DNA from: Albugo candida
Lineage: Eukaryota
Assembly: GCA_040437565.1 (NCBI GenBank)
Contig: JBDOQK010000042.1
Location: 1-64,000 of the forward strand
DNA length: 64,000 bases
Reading direction: 5' to 3'
In this document: in pieces, positions 14,351-27,339 of the stretch
Numbering within the stretch: position 1 is the stretch's first letter
Layout of the letters: the number at the start of each line of letters is the position of its first letter
Made by a program: the position numbers and the translations under genes
The notes under the pieces: model-generated
Seen by the model: the letters and a program-made list of their open reading frames with translations, nothing else
What the model was told of the DNA's origin: nothing
Database searches by the model: none

Positions 14351-16175
14351 TCCCTAATTTTGGATGTTATTCAGTTATTTATTGTATTGCAATCTGTCTC
14401 GTCTGGTTTTGGCGTAAGGCAGCCACAACAATGTACTGTCAAAGAATACTTAATATAGCATTCTAGGAATATGGACATCTTAAGAGACGGTCCTTGGCTC
14501 ATAAAAAGTGTATATTACCTCTAATACAAGCCTTTTTTACCTTGGAATGATTTCTGTCGCTTTTGTGCTCTTTTTTTNNNNNNNNNNNNNNNNNNNNNNN
14601 NNNNNNNNNNNNNNNNNNNNNNNNNNNNNNNNNNNNNNNNNNNNNNNNNNNNNNNNNNNNNNNNNNNNNNNNNNNNNATATTACCTCTAATACAAGCCTT
14701 TTTTACCTTGGAATGATTTCTGTCGCTTTTGTGCTCTTTTTTTATTGTACACATAATGAAATGCTCTATGAGGAGAACTTCTGGCATCTGGGAAATTTGT
14801 AGTTGCGAGTGGGCTAGACGGCGTGCAGGCGGGGACGAAGGTAGCGGTAAGCGCGGATCGTGGGTGAATTGAGAGTGAGCTCGGCTCCTATCTCGCGTGT
14901 TGTGTACAGTCAGAGTCGTGGATGAAGAGGGGGTGAGCTCAGTGCCCGCCTCGGGGGTTGCGTGTAGTGACGGACGTGGGTGAAGGAGAGAGTAGCGTGA
15001 CTGGCGGCTCGCGTCCTGCAGGGAGCAGGAATAGGCATGCGTGTTCAGAAACAAGAGTTCTCGGCCTGCGCCTCGCGTCGTGCAGGTAGGCAGGGTACGT
15101 CGTAGCCGGGCTCATGCGCACGTCTGGTCAACTGCTTCGGCGGGTGCGACGGCGAGTACAGCTATCCAGCAGCGAAGCACACGATACGTAATAACCGAAT
15201 TATGTGAGGAGCGGAAATAGATTAATTGCGAAGCGCTGCGTCCCACTAACGCCTCACCGGATATTTTTGCTGAGTAGCTCAAGGTAGAGCACTTCCTGCA
15301 TCGACTCACCCAGCTAGGTCTGTAGCCACTCACTCCACATCCTCCTCTCTTTGACCCCCAGATAGTGGCAAACAATTGACTCTCATCCCGCACTCAACTC
15401 CACCTAATCGAAACCTCTGTGCTTGATGCCCGCTCCCGTACCCACATCCGCCTAACGGAATGTCTTCACGTAATGCACCACTTCCGCAAATATCGCACGA
15501 TTGCTCTCTCTCCATTCAGNNNNNNNNNNNNNNNNNNNNNNNNNNNNNNNNNNNNNNNNNNNNNNNNNNNNNNNNNNNNNNNNNNNNNNNNNNNNNNNNN
15601 NNNNNNNNNNNNNNNNNNNCCACTAACGCCTCACCGGATATTTTTGCTGAGTAGCTCAAGGTAGAGCACTTCCTGCATCGACTCACCCAGCTAGGTCTGT
15701 AGCCACTCACTCCACATCCTCCTCTCTTTGACCCCCAGATAGTGGCAAACAATTGACTCTCATCCCGCACTCAACTCCACCTAATCGAAACCTCTGTGCT
15801 TGATGCCCGCTCCCGTACCCACATCCGCCTAACGGAATGTCTTCACGTAATGCACCACTTCCGCAAATATCGCACGATTGCTCTCTCTCCATTCAGGAGA
15901 ACTGCTGACATGTGGGGAATTTGTAGTTGCGAGTGGTATAAAGAGCGTGCAGGCGAGGACTACTCGTCAATGCAGGAGAATGGGGTTAAGAGGGGGATAA
16001 ACGTTGTGTGCGCTGAATGACAACCGGTGGTTGGTGACGGATGCGTAGCTGAGTGCGGGCTATATGCCTACGTGGGAATAATGGAAGAGGTGTGACGTCG
16101 TAATATGCGAGGTTAATGTTTTACGTAAGTGTCGCGTGATTGGCGAAGATGTAGTTGCTGCGTTGCTGTTGAAGG

Positions 16176-16451
16176 ATGTTTGACGCTGATGACGTTGTCG
16201 ATGAAGAGGCATGGAGGCTGTAAGTCGCTGGCACCGAGTTTGGATGTCGAGGTATGAGAAGTGCGGTTTATCATTGGTGGGTGAGGAGTCAGACGCTAGG
16301 CGCTGATGAACCTGGCTTTCTGGTCGTGTGCAGGTCTGCCGAGCTAGGTGACACGCATGCGAAGGTTGTGCTTGCTGATCGAGAAGGTGGCTATTCTTGC
16401 GTTCGTGTTTGGAGGCGAGGAAGTCTAGGCAGCTATGAAGACGTCGGTTGA
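16176..16451 (+). pseudogene. Small unknown ORF (92 codons, one internal stop) overlapping the capping-enzyme start
   Basis: MFDADDVVDEEAWRL*VAG...YEDVG*. Its stop (16449-16451) lies just downstream of the ATG at 16435 (17-nt overlap). Confidence 0.35.
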
Positions 16452-18255
16452 GGCAAACTGTTTCGTCGTCTCGTCGGGTACGGGTTGTAGCAAAATCGAG
16501 TACGAGGTGAGCCTTGACGGCGAGTTTTCGAGGTGCTGCTGCAAAATGCCTGGAATTGATGAGATGCAGCTGTTCGACGAAGAGAGATATGCGGCTAGTT
16601 TGCGTTAGGGCGAGACGCTGATCCCTTTTTTTGCGCTAGGTTGACGAGAGACGCGAACGGTTGGCTGATCGAATCTTTGCTGAACAGGGTCGACTTGCTA
16701 CCACGGTGGCACCGCGCAAGACGTTTCCGACATTGAAGGAGCTGAGCGTAGACGTTGAGGGTGTGCAGATGGCATTCTGTGGGTCGTTGCAGAGTTATAG
16801 AGTGTTCTTCGAGGAGTGACGTTGCGGATAGGCAAGTGGATCTGTAAGGGTAGACGCTTCGAGCCGGAAAGACGGTACGCTGTCTAGTTGGAGTACGCTT
16901 CAACATGTCCGATCTCTGACTCCGACAAGGTGGACACCCTCGTTGCGATACATNNNNNNNNNNNNNNNNNNNNNNNNNNNNNNNNNNNNNNNNNNNNNNN
17001 NNNNNNNNNNNNNNNNNNNNNNNNNNNNNNNNNNNNNNNNNNNNNNNNNNNNNTTGGAGTACGCTTCAACATGTCCGATCTCTGACTCCGACAAGGTGGA
17101 CACCCTCGTTGCGATACATACGCGCTTTTACCACGTCGAGCAGTTTGCAAAGGTGCTAGGTGGGCAGACGTGTGCGAGGCTGCATGCAGTCGCTTCACCG
17201 GTCAAAGACGTGCGCGTCGTCCGGGAGTGTGACGTGTCTTTTCGCGTGATCGTCTACGAGGAGCATGCCTGGCTGGTCGAGACGATCTCTATTAGGTACA
17301 ATTGCTGAAGCACCCCCCAGCGGAATGTCGCTGGGTTCCGCGTGAAGTCTGTGCTCGATCTGCTTCCACCGCTGTCGATGGTACTACGCGTAGAGAAACT
17401 TCCGGATGGGTCACTTGTGCTGATCGACCTACTCGCGATGGTGGTATAACCGGGCAGACGTCCAGCTCCTCCGACGCGTACCGAAATATGCTGCTCCATC
17501 GTTACGTCCCGGACGACTTCCTGTTCAGCGAGGAGCTGGACTCGGTTGAGCAGGCGCAGGAGGCAAGGCGATTAGCGTCGTACGGGTCAGACGGAGTCAT
17601 TGTGATCGCCAAAACGTGTTCGCTTACGTTTATTTGAAAAGGCCGACGCTAAACATGATGTGAAAGCGTGCCGGTCAGTTCGTATCGGTAGAGGAAAGGC
17701 TTCGAGGCGTGTAGGTGTGGCGTCATGCAATATGCGAGCCATTTCCGTCTACGAATCATCGCTCCAACCCCCTTCCAACGGCACCGCTGTGTTCTTCTCG
17801 TACATGTCTAGTACAGACAAGGTTAATGCCAACCCTATGTACGTTTTCGACAACGTGATGTACATCCTACAGTCGAAGGACGTCTCGTACCTATCCCTCA
17901 TGTACCGCGTCTCGGCGTACTCCTTCTTCGTGTGTACAGTAATATACGAGTGGACCTCCATCCGCGCGTACCTGCGANNNNNNNNNNNNNNNNNNNNNNN
18001 NNNNNNNNNNNNNNNNNNNNNNNNNNNNNNNNNNNNNNNNNNNNNNNNNNNNNNNNNNNNNNNNNNNNNNNNNNNNNCTCGTACCTATCCCTCATGTACC
18101 GCGTCTCGGCGTACTCCTTCTTCGTGTGTACAGTAATATACGAGTGGACCTCCATCCGCGCGTACCTGCGAGTTCTAGTCATTGACGTGAATACGAGAAG
18201 GCTTCAGAAACAGGACGTCACTGTTCTCCAACTCCCAGTGTTATCTGTTCTGTGA
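16435..18255 (+). pseudogene. Decayed virus-type mRNA capping enzyme (triphosphatase, guanylyltransferase/OB fold, truncated N7-methyltransferase)
   Basis: Motifs in order: IEYEV (16495), RYAV*LEY (16873, same frame), FRVIVYEEHAWL at the KxDG position (17240), LRVEK (17384), LVLIDLL (17414), SDGVIV (17587), YLKRPTL (17631), VYE...STDKVNAN..V..NV (17810), VIDVNTRRLQ (18178). Confidence 0.65.
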
Positions 18256-19345
18256 TCGGTGATTCGCCTTGACGCATATGAGCGCATGTACATGCACGTA
18301 TTCAAAGACTAATTGGGTGAGTATATGCTGCACGTGACCATGGATGAATTCGGGACTGGGTACGGTCCCATTTGATTACGTATTGTTGTACCTGACTGGC
18401 GGGATTTTTATCAATTTAACCAGGAATGTGTACAGACAAACGACGCGCGACTCTCACTTTTAAGAGACATTGCCGTGATCTCGTTTGGTTCATTAGAGCG
18501 CTTCAAAAAAAAATAAAAACCTCAATATAATACCAATATTGACGCATCAACCAAAACATTCTGCCATCTTTGAAGTCGCACCTACACGGACGTCTCTCAT
18601 GGAAGCACAAAACCGTTAACTTTGCATTGAAAAACACATGATGACAACGATGTATGTGCTGAGGAAACTATGATGAGATGAAAGCGAACATTACCACGCA
18701 AGAAGATGGATGTGCCACAAGAATTGATATAGAAAGAAAGCGTTTCTTTTCGCTTATTAGCTCGAGTCTCATTTCCTTTTGGCTAGGCCGTTGGTGACGT
18801 GTTTTAAGCGCTTCCTTGAAGCTGTTTCTCGCGTCATCTATTAGTTACAAGTTGGCGGTAATGAGCAAGACTTGAAGTCAGTAATGGTAATTTCTTCTGC
18901 AACTCTGCATGTTTTTGATCAATTGGCGGAGATATGCGAAGCATTTTCTCTTTATATTCTGGATAGCAGTGAACGCAACCGCTATTCCCTACGCTTTCCG
19001 GTATAACACGATGCGACCTAAATGCCCTTCACGATAACACGTGTAGTAGGTGATTTTTGCAGTAGATATACACATTAGATGAATTTCATTTTTCATAACT
19101 AAAGCCTGTTTGAGGCTACTGAAGACGCATCGCTCTCGAATGCAAACCATGGACGCGCTTCACAATCATATAAAGCAGACAAGATACGTAAATTTGTATG
19201 AACACAATCCGACCTTTGTATTCTTGTTTTCTCGGAATATGATCGATCCGCTGACTTGAATGTCGCCGATAGTTCGGAAGACTTGAGTAGGTTCTTGTCA
19301 ATGTACTACTACGATGTCGTTGATCGCAATAATTTGCATGCGCTA

Positions 19346-20711
19346 CGGTGCACTACACTAATATAAAGGGGCTCTACTATCTGTGTGGACCAATTCATTT
19401 ATATATTGAGGGTTACCATTACCTGTGCGCATCCGAGCTTCTGTTCCTCCTTGTCTTCATTTCACAATGCTGCGTCCTCCTAAAAAGCAACCAAAAATCG
19501 AGGGCTAGGTCCACAATGGCTGTAAAAAGAAAGCGTCGGAAGAAGGAGCAACGTTCTTTCGCCGTGTCTGGTAGATATGATCACGACAGTTGTACTTCGA
19601 AGACGAATGCTTGAGTCCAAGTTAGGATTTGGAAGATGAAGAAGAAGAAGCTTAAGGCGTTGTTGAAAACATTACAAGAACATTTCTGGCGGCACTGAGA
19701 GCAGCGCAGCCAGACATAACGTCGAATGAACCTTCTCACTACCTTTTTACTCGGCACACATCAACAAAACGGTTGCCGCGGCATGCTGGCCTCTGACTAA
19801 CTAATGGACACCCGGAAAAAGGAGCACATCCAGGCCGATGAAGCAAAAAGAACCGATATTGCAATTGTTTGGGATCTTTCATGAGAAAGTGACGTGAAAT
19901 ACGAGTTTCTGTGGTCAGTCAGAGTACTAAACACTTTCATTTAGTAGCTAGTGGCAGAGGGAACCAGAATCTCCAGCAAGCTTGAACAGAAGTAATCCAT
20001 AGGGTTGTTGATTTGCATCACTTGCGTCTGCGCAAGGAACGGACCACGATGCGCTGGCTACATTGTCTCGATATATCGCTCCGTGAAGTTAAATAACACA
20101 TCTCTATTGATGGCCATGAGATAGAATATGTGATTGCTTATCGTCAAATGTTTCCGGAACAAATGCGTAAGTATGAAGCACGTTTGCCGTTATTGGAGGG
20201 CTTGGATGGAAAAACATGAGAATGTTCGTGTTCGTTTCCTGTGGAAGTGCCGCGCTCAAAAAATTTGGTGACTCACGAGGAGAGCAACTATGCCTCCCAT
20301 AACGACTTGAAACACTTAAGGTTGCCCTCTGGTGAGCATTCGATTCTCTAGAAAGGGCAAGAACGCTCAATTGATGTCAACGACTTTCCTAGCGATGTGG
20401 CAGCTTACTTAGCACTTGCAATGAAACAAAGCTGCATCGCCCTAACATTCCCACTGAAACTTGTGTGATTCTGCGTCCAAGAAATCAACATTATGGCTGG
20501 TGGGAGGCTGAAGACTTATTGAAGCATTTGAATGAGAGGGCGATCTCGATTTTTGAAGCTTTGTTTCCCGGTAAGCAAGCGTTGTTCGCGCTTGACGGCG
20601 CGACTAGGCACTGCACCTTTGCGCTTGACACCCTTCGCGCAAACTGGATGAATTTGGGTTCTGGTGGTGAATTTCTCTGATGCGAAACACCATGTAGGGT
20701 GAAAAGAATTT
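19346..20711 (+). mobile_element. Highly degenerate IS630-Tc1-mariner copy, same group as 31053-34228
   Basis: ORF 20465-20680 reads GWWEAEDLL..AISIFEALFPGKQALFALDGATRH..MNLGSGG. Possible terminus TA|CGGTGCAC at 19346 (uncertain). Confidence 0.7.
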
Positions 20712-22496
20712 NNNNNNNNNNNNNNNNNNNNNNNNNNNNNNNNNNNNNNNNNNNNNNNNNNNNNNNNNNNNNNNNNNNNNNNNNNNNNNNNNNNNNNNNN
20801 NNNNNNNNNNNGGACACCTGGATTCCTCGTCCTTCTAACCAATATTTCACTGCGAGCTAAATTACATCGAAACCTTTTGGGGAGATGCAAAGCTTTTTAC
20901 GCGGAGGAACTGCGATTATTCAAGACTTGGCTTACTTAATACAGTCCCAAGAGCACTTGAACCCGTCCCATTAGACCGAATTTGACGATAATCAAAAAAT
21001 CCCGGCGATATATGGATGTGTATTGCAAGGTATTGAGCGCCCGTCGGGCAGGATACGCCGTTCACAAATATCGGGCTCATCGGCGTGTTCCAAATTGACC
21101 TTGACAATTTGACTAGTGAGTTGACGGTCACTATCCTTTTTACGTCAAAATGGCCATCAATCCTTGGCTGAAAATGCATATTGTTTTTCTAGGTTAAAGG
21201 TTCATGTGGCCAATTACAGCCCCCTCAGGCAAATACGCGACATTTTGGCGGATTACAAACCTATATTGCTCCATGAAAAAATTGCCTAGCCAAATTCCAA
21301 AACCACTGCAAGATAGCCCGATCAGTGAACTCTTCTTTAGTGATTGAATATCTTTTGTTATGGGCATATCTGAGAAGGGCAGAGGGGCGAAAATTTGCTG
21401 GTTTCAAGTTTCGTGCACTAGATAATGTAAGACAGTAGGAGCGATGATTTCTTCTATACGCATTAAAAAGACCACATTGATAATTTCCGAGCGGCTTCTG
21501 TAAAAGCTAAGTTGCATTACCCATTTTCGTTATAATAGGCTGGACGAATGACATTTTAGCATACAATGAAGCGCATATGTCTAGAATTGCTGAATTGTTT
21601 CACCGAAAATTACAAAAAAGTGATGTATGACTGCCCAAGTAGGAATGCAGTACTGGAGTCAGTGAAGTCTACGAAAAAGCCAACTGAACACAGCCGACTG
21701 CAGACGATAAAAATGGCTTTCAGAGATTTGAGAAAAAGATATTAAATCGCTGCGCTGTTAAGATTCTGTCACCCTAATCATCCTAATATTTCAGATAAAA
21801 ATGATCGCCAACAACAGCGCTGGTAATTACGATGTCCGTATCTGACTCTAGTATGCATGACTATGCTAGGAAAAGCCAGCGATCATCCGTTGAGATGAAT
21901 GTGCATGGAATCAGGCCACTCGTTTTCGGAAGAACGTATCTGTAGTGCTAATTTATGGCCTGTATTAATTACTACAGGTTGTATGCTTGCTTTTATTTTC
22001 TGTACNNNNNNNNNNNNNNNNNNNNNNNNNNNNNNNNNNNNNNNNNNNNNNNNNNNNNNNNNNNNNNNNNNNNNNNNNNNNNNNNNNNNNNNNNNNNNNN
22101 NNNNNGATTACTACAGGTTGTATGCTTGCTTTTATTTTCTGTACTAAATTAGGAGCAGATTTTCAGCATGAATGAGTAGGATAGAGCTGTAATAAAATTG
22201 CGTGCTACAATCAAATATCGTACAAAAGAGACACCCTGACGGGCTTCTGATTTGGTTGCAAATACCCGTGAAGATAAACATTAACAAACAAACCACAAAA
22301 CAGTCATACCTACCATGAATGTCAGCTTATGAGTGAAACGAAGGAAATCAGCCATGACATGGTGAGAACGCAAGTACTTCTTCTAATATCCAACGCGAGT
22401 GAAGCGGCTTAGAGAAGCCTTTTATTAATCACGTCATCAATCATACTACCGAATTTTTTTTCTCCTTTCTTTCTGTGAGAAGCTCATCGTTTCCTA

Positions 22497-23076
22497 TCAA
22501 TTAGGGAAATTAGTAGAAACGTTGCGCCCAATCAAGTTTGGAGTAGCACTCACGTCTTCTTTTCTTCTGGATATTTTTTTTCTCAGCTTATGAAATGCCA
22601 TGATCATCTCCTCATATGATGAAATAAAACTAAATCGGAACGCATCCAGCAGTCCGAACATATTATACGCTGACTCCGACTTCTGGATCGACTTTAAGAC
22701 GCATGTAAAAGCTATCCGATTCTTGTCGTAAAATTCAAATTCTAAATATTCCAACTTTTTTCCTTCGATATACCTTTTTACTTCTGGATGCTTTTGAAAC
22801 TTTCATGCGCGTCTGTGATAGGTTTCTACACATTGGATCAATTATCGTGTCCACAATTAACACAACATTGATCCAAATAGTTTTAATCAAACGCTTACAA
22901 ATCGATTTTAGATTGTAATAATGCTCGGAGTTGGGTATGGGCGCATACAATACCCCTTCAAACGTGCAATTAGGCAATTTTGAGTTGATGATAGAAAGGT
23001 GAGATTGATTCATGAAACGCACAACGCATATAAGCGATTGTGAGCTTGTTCTGGTAGGGAATTGTGTCGTGTTCAA
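22497..23076 (-). pseudogene. Frameshifted gene relic of unknown function
   Basis: Two overlapping minus-strand ORFs (113 and 85 aa) joined around an A-run at ~22756. Protein-like composition, no recognised motif. Confidence 0.3.
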
Positions 23077-24078
23077 TCGAGAATCTTGTGCTGTAGATCA
23101 CTACCAAAGAATAAGAGAAATTGACACAATCTTTTTCCTCACGATTTAGAATGTGGCCTTTTCAATTAACAACAATTATCACAAAGAACTTCGAATTGCT
23201 CTCCGCACATTAAATTCTGTGAATCGTTATACTTTATTCTCTAAAATGTCGGCCGTGATTAATCTTGGTTAAGTTCTCAACCCTTCGTAGAGATAGAAGC
23301 ACCCTGGTTCAATTCTCTTTTGTCCTAGCGAGATCTCGTGAACTTGTTTTGTGTAGGTAATGTCGAAGGATTTCTCCGATTTTGCCAAAAAAACGCCGTG
23401 CCGCATTATTTTCCAATATTTATGTATACTAACTAGCTTGTAGCATTATGGGTCGTAGCTAATGGATGAGGGCTCGTCTCGACAAATACGTCAGAAGAGA
23501 GTATTTCTGCTTCGTAATTCATTTGAGGTGTGCCAATAATTTCTCATGATCACAAATATTCACTCATTTTATTCCACTCTTCCTGCCATCCGAAACCATT
23601 TACCATTCTACTTAATGCTCGTGCTGATTTCAGCAACCTAGCTCTGTATTTTAATTTTCTCTATGGATTTACGGCTCTCTCGTACCAGCCATGTTCACCC
23701 ACTTGATATCTGGTCTTTAATTCTGCAATTCTATCTATTCCTTTTCTAGTTGAGCGCTACTTATTGCTTTTTGTGGGTATACTACCGTCCTTAAACTTGC
23801 TTTATGATTGGCTTTTCCCAGAGCGAGTTGAAAATCAAAACGTCCAGTTGCATACTGCATGGGAGAATTGGAATCTTTCTATATTCTTGTTTCTGAGTTG
23901 CTTAAGGAGATACTGCAGGTTTGATAGCCTCTCAACTTGCTTTCTTGATTGAGCAGTTTTCGGGTGGCGCACCCGCCTGGTATTCCGGAAAATGCATACA
24001 TCTTGTGAAGTATCCAAATCCGCCTACAGATAATTTGTAATTCGTTTGTTAAAAGCCAACTATTAGTTACAACGTATG

Positions 24079-27000
24079 GTAATTATGCAGCTGGAAGGTT
24101 CAGCATCAACTAATGCTTCGAAAGAATAATGGAGTGTGAAACTCTACCAGCCATTTATTGTTCTAGCGAGTGCTTTTCTCTCGAGAGATTTTCGAGACCC
24201 TTTATGGTCTCCTAAAGCTCCATTCCTGATTGATGAAACATACAAGGTACGAAGATGCGCCCTCTATTTTGAATGAAACGTTTTGCACAGCACGGAGCAG
24301 ATATGAAGAAGACGTGAAAAGTGACGCCAGAAATCCGCAATTTTTTGGAGCTTGAACAAGACCACTTTATAGAGAAAGTTTCGCGAGCAACTGCTGCATG
24401 AACAAGATCAAGTGTAATTATCTCGAAGCAACACAATCATCACGATCTTATCTAATGGAGATATCCGAGAATAGCGTCTAGGAAGCTGCAACGAGGCACT
24501 TATCCTTGTGAGTCGAAATAGAGACGTAATGTAGATCAAGTCTTTGGAGTTTAAAAAGACGCGTTCGCATCAAACAGAAGAGGATGCTACTCGCCTAAAA
24601 TCTAAAGTCTCTTAACTGTCAACAAAGGCCATAGTGGGCCTTACAATACATAGACATTTAATTAAAACTAAAAGGCGCTCTTGTGCCTACAGTTCATTCA
24701 TCAAAGTAGCTGTACCTTTAAGAGTGATGCTTCCATGCAGTGATGTAATGATGATGTAAAAGTACACATCACTGTGATGTCGCAAATAGGCTTTACAGAA
24801 GATGCCACGGTCCTCTTGCCTCTGTTGAAGCAGCAGCATCTTGTAAATATTTCTCATTTGTTCTTAGCTTGTAGTTGAATTTATGCATAATCGGGTGTAT
24901 AATAATGTAGAGGAGCGGTAATCGGGTAGCCCAACTGCTTTCCTATTCAATCTTTCTATACTCGATTACTTATCACAGTAAGTGCTTCAATCATAATCGC
25001 GACACGATACTATATGGAAAAAAGGTGCTTATAAAGGCCAAGTATTCGAGTGCCTGTTCAGAAGAGTATCAGAAGTGAAATCTAATTTTGGCGAGAAACT
25101 AACTTTGACCATATCTGCCGTCGTATCCATACGTTGGAACGGCTTGATCCAAAATAATACCTTAATGCAATTTGGGTGCAGTATTCTCCACTTGCGGTAG
25201 TGTCTCGATTGTATCATGCTAGCCTCTACAATTCAGTGAAATAAGTCGGTGTGCGCAAAGACGGAATCCGTTTCGGTGCTGAAGTGCTATCAATGAACGT
25301 CATGGCATGATACTATGCACAGAAAACGCCATTATACTTATTTCAGGGATCCCAACGTGAGGACTGCTTGCTGAATATTCTATTTACTTCATCGATCAAG
25401 GACTCATCCATCATTGTCTTAACTCTATACTGGTGGGTATTGCGTCAAAACAAGCTTGCTAATTCAGCTCAGAAGAACACTACTAGATGAACACGACAAA
25501 TCCTTTCCTGATTCAAATTCTACTATCCACTAATATCGAATGTTTTAATGCAGGAAATCGCTCATGTGACATGTCAATTCTGGAAGTAAATGGCAACTTG
25601 TGTATTCTGTAGAGCACAATGCAACATCAGCTGTACCTAATTCTGGAGATTTAATGCTGNNNNNNNNNNNNNNNNNNNNNNNNNNNNNNNNNNNNNNNNN
25701 NNNNNNNNNNNNNNNNNNNNNNNNNNNNNNNNNNNNNNNNNNNNNNNNNNNNNNNNNNNGTAATCATGCAGCTGGAAGGTTCAGCATCGACTAATGCTTC
25801 CAAAGAATAATGAAGTGTGAAACTCTACCAGCCATTTATTGTTCTAGCGAGTGCTTTTCTCTCGAGAGATTTTCGAGACCCTTTATGGTCTCCTAAAGCT
25901 CCATTCCTGATTGATGAAACATACAATGTACGAAGATGCGCCCTTTATTTTGAATGAAACGTTTTGCACAGCACGGAGCAGATATGAAGAAGACGTGAAA
26001 GGTGACGCCAGAAATCCGCAATGTTTTGGAGCTTGAACAAAACCACTTTATAGAGAAACTTTCGCGAGCAACTGCTGCATGAACAAGATCAAGTGTAATT
26101 ATCTCGAAGCAACATAATCATCACGATCTTATCTAATGGAGATATCCGAGAATAGCGTCTAGGAAGCTGCAACGAGGCACTTATCCTTGTGAGTCGAAAT
26201 AGAGACGCAATGTGGATCAATTCTTTGGAGTTTAAAAAGACGCGTTCGCATCAAACAGAAGAGGATGCTACTCGCTTAAAATCTAAAGTCTCTTAACTGT
26301 CAACAAAGGCCAGAGTGGGCCTTACAATAAATAGAAATTTTATGAAAACTAAAAGGCGCTCTTGTGCCTACAGTTCATTCATCAAAGTAGCTGTACCTTC
26401 AAGAGTGATGCTTCCATGCAGTGATGTAAGGATGATGTAAAAGTACACATCACTGTAATGTCGCAAATAGGCTTTACAGAAGATGCCACGGTCCTCTTGC
26501 CTCTGCTGAAGCAGCATCATCTTGTATATATTTCTCATTTGTTCTTAGCTTGTCGTTGACTTTATGCATAATCAGGTTTATAATAATGTAGAGGAGCAGT
26601 AATCGGGTAGCACAACTGCTTTCCTATTCAATCTTTCTATACTCGATTACTTATCAAAGTAAGTGCTTCAATCATAATCGCGACACGATACTATATGGAA
26701 AAAAGGTGCTTATAAAGGCCAAGTATTCGAGTGCCTGTTCAGAAGAGTATCAGAAGTGGAATCTAATTTTGGCGACAAACTAACTTTGACCATATCTGCC
26801 GTCGTATCCATACGTTGGAACGACTTGATCCAAAATAATACCTTGATGCAATTTGGGTGCAGTCTTATCGACTTGCGGTATTGTCTCGATTGTATCATGC
26901 TAGCCTCTACAATTCAGTGAAATAAGTCGGTGTGCGCAAAGACGAAATCCGTTTCGGTGCTGAACTGCTATCAATGAACGTCATGGCATGATACAATGCA

Positions 27001-27339
27001 CAGAAAACGCCATTATACTTATTTCAGGGATCCCAACGTGAGGACTGCTTGCTGAATATTCTATTTACTTCATCGATCAGGGACTCATCCATCATTGTCT
27101 TTTCTCTATACTGGTGGTATTGCGTCAAAACAAGCTTGCTAGTTCAGCTCAGAAGAACACTACTAGATGAACACGACAAATCCTTCCCTGATTCAAATTC
27201 TACTATCCACTAATATCGAATGTTTTAATGCAGGGAATCGCTAATGTGACATGTCAATTCTGGAAGTAAATGTCAACTTGTGTATTCTGTAGAGCACAAT
27301 GCAACATCAGCTGTACCTAATTCTGGAGATTTAATGCTG
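24079..27339 (+). repeat. ~1.58 kb direct duplication across a gap (24079-25659 and 25760-27339) containing Cys-rich gene relics
   Basis: Colinear copies with scattered substitutions. Plus-strand relics CLDCIM (25201, 26882), REDCLL and *HNCF. Confidence 0.9.

Larger units (their letters stand above)
14760..18255 (+). mobile_element. GC-rich island, putative endogenous virus-like element (rearranged, decayed)
   Basis: Visibly more GC-rich than its flanks, with a G-rich coding strand, overlapping ORF relics and a capping-enzyme pseudogene. No transposase or RT motifs and no recognisable termini. Confidence 0.55.

Noticed and set aside
15242-15896. Exact direct repeats flanking gaps (also ~14513/14678, 16888/17055, 17884/18078, 21969/22107, 27626/27858, 31775/32144)
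   Set aside because: Identical and always abutting 100-N gaps, so they are unmerged contig overlaps rather than LTRs or tandem repeats.
16243-16269. DVEV*EVRF resembling a viral triphosphatase motif A
   Set aside because: It sits in a short stop-bounded frame; IEYEV downstream of ATG 16435 is in frame with the second ExE motif and fits better.
24738-24774. CAGTGATGT...ACATCACTG hairpin as a mini-transposon or footprint
   Set aside because: Only a 9-bp stem and no TA duplication; compatible with chance.
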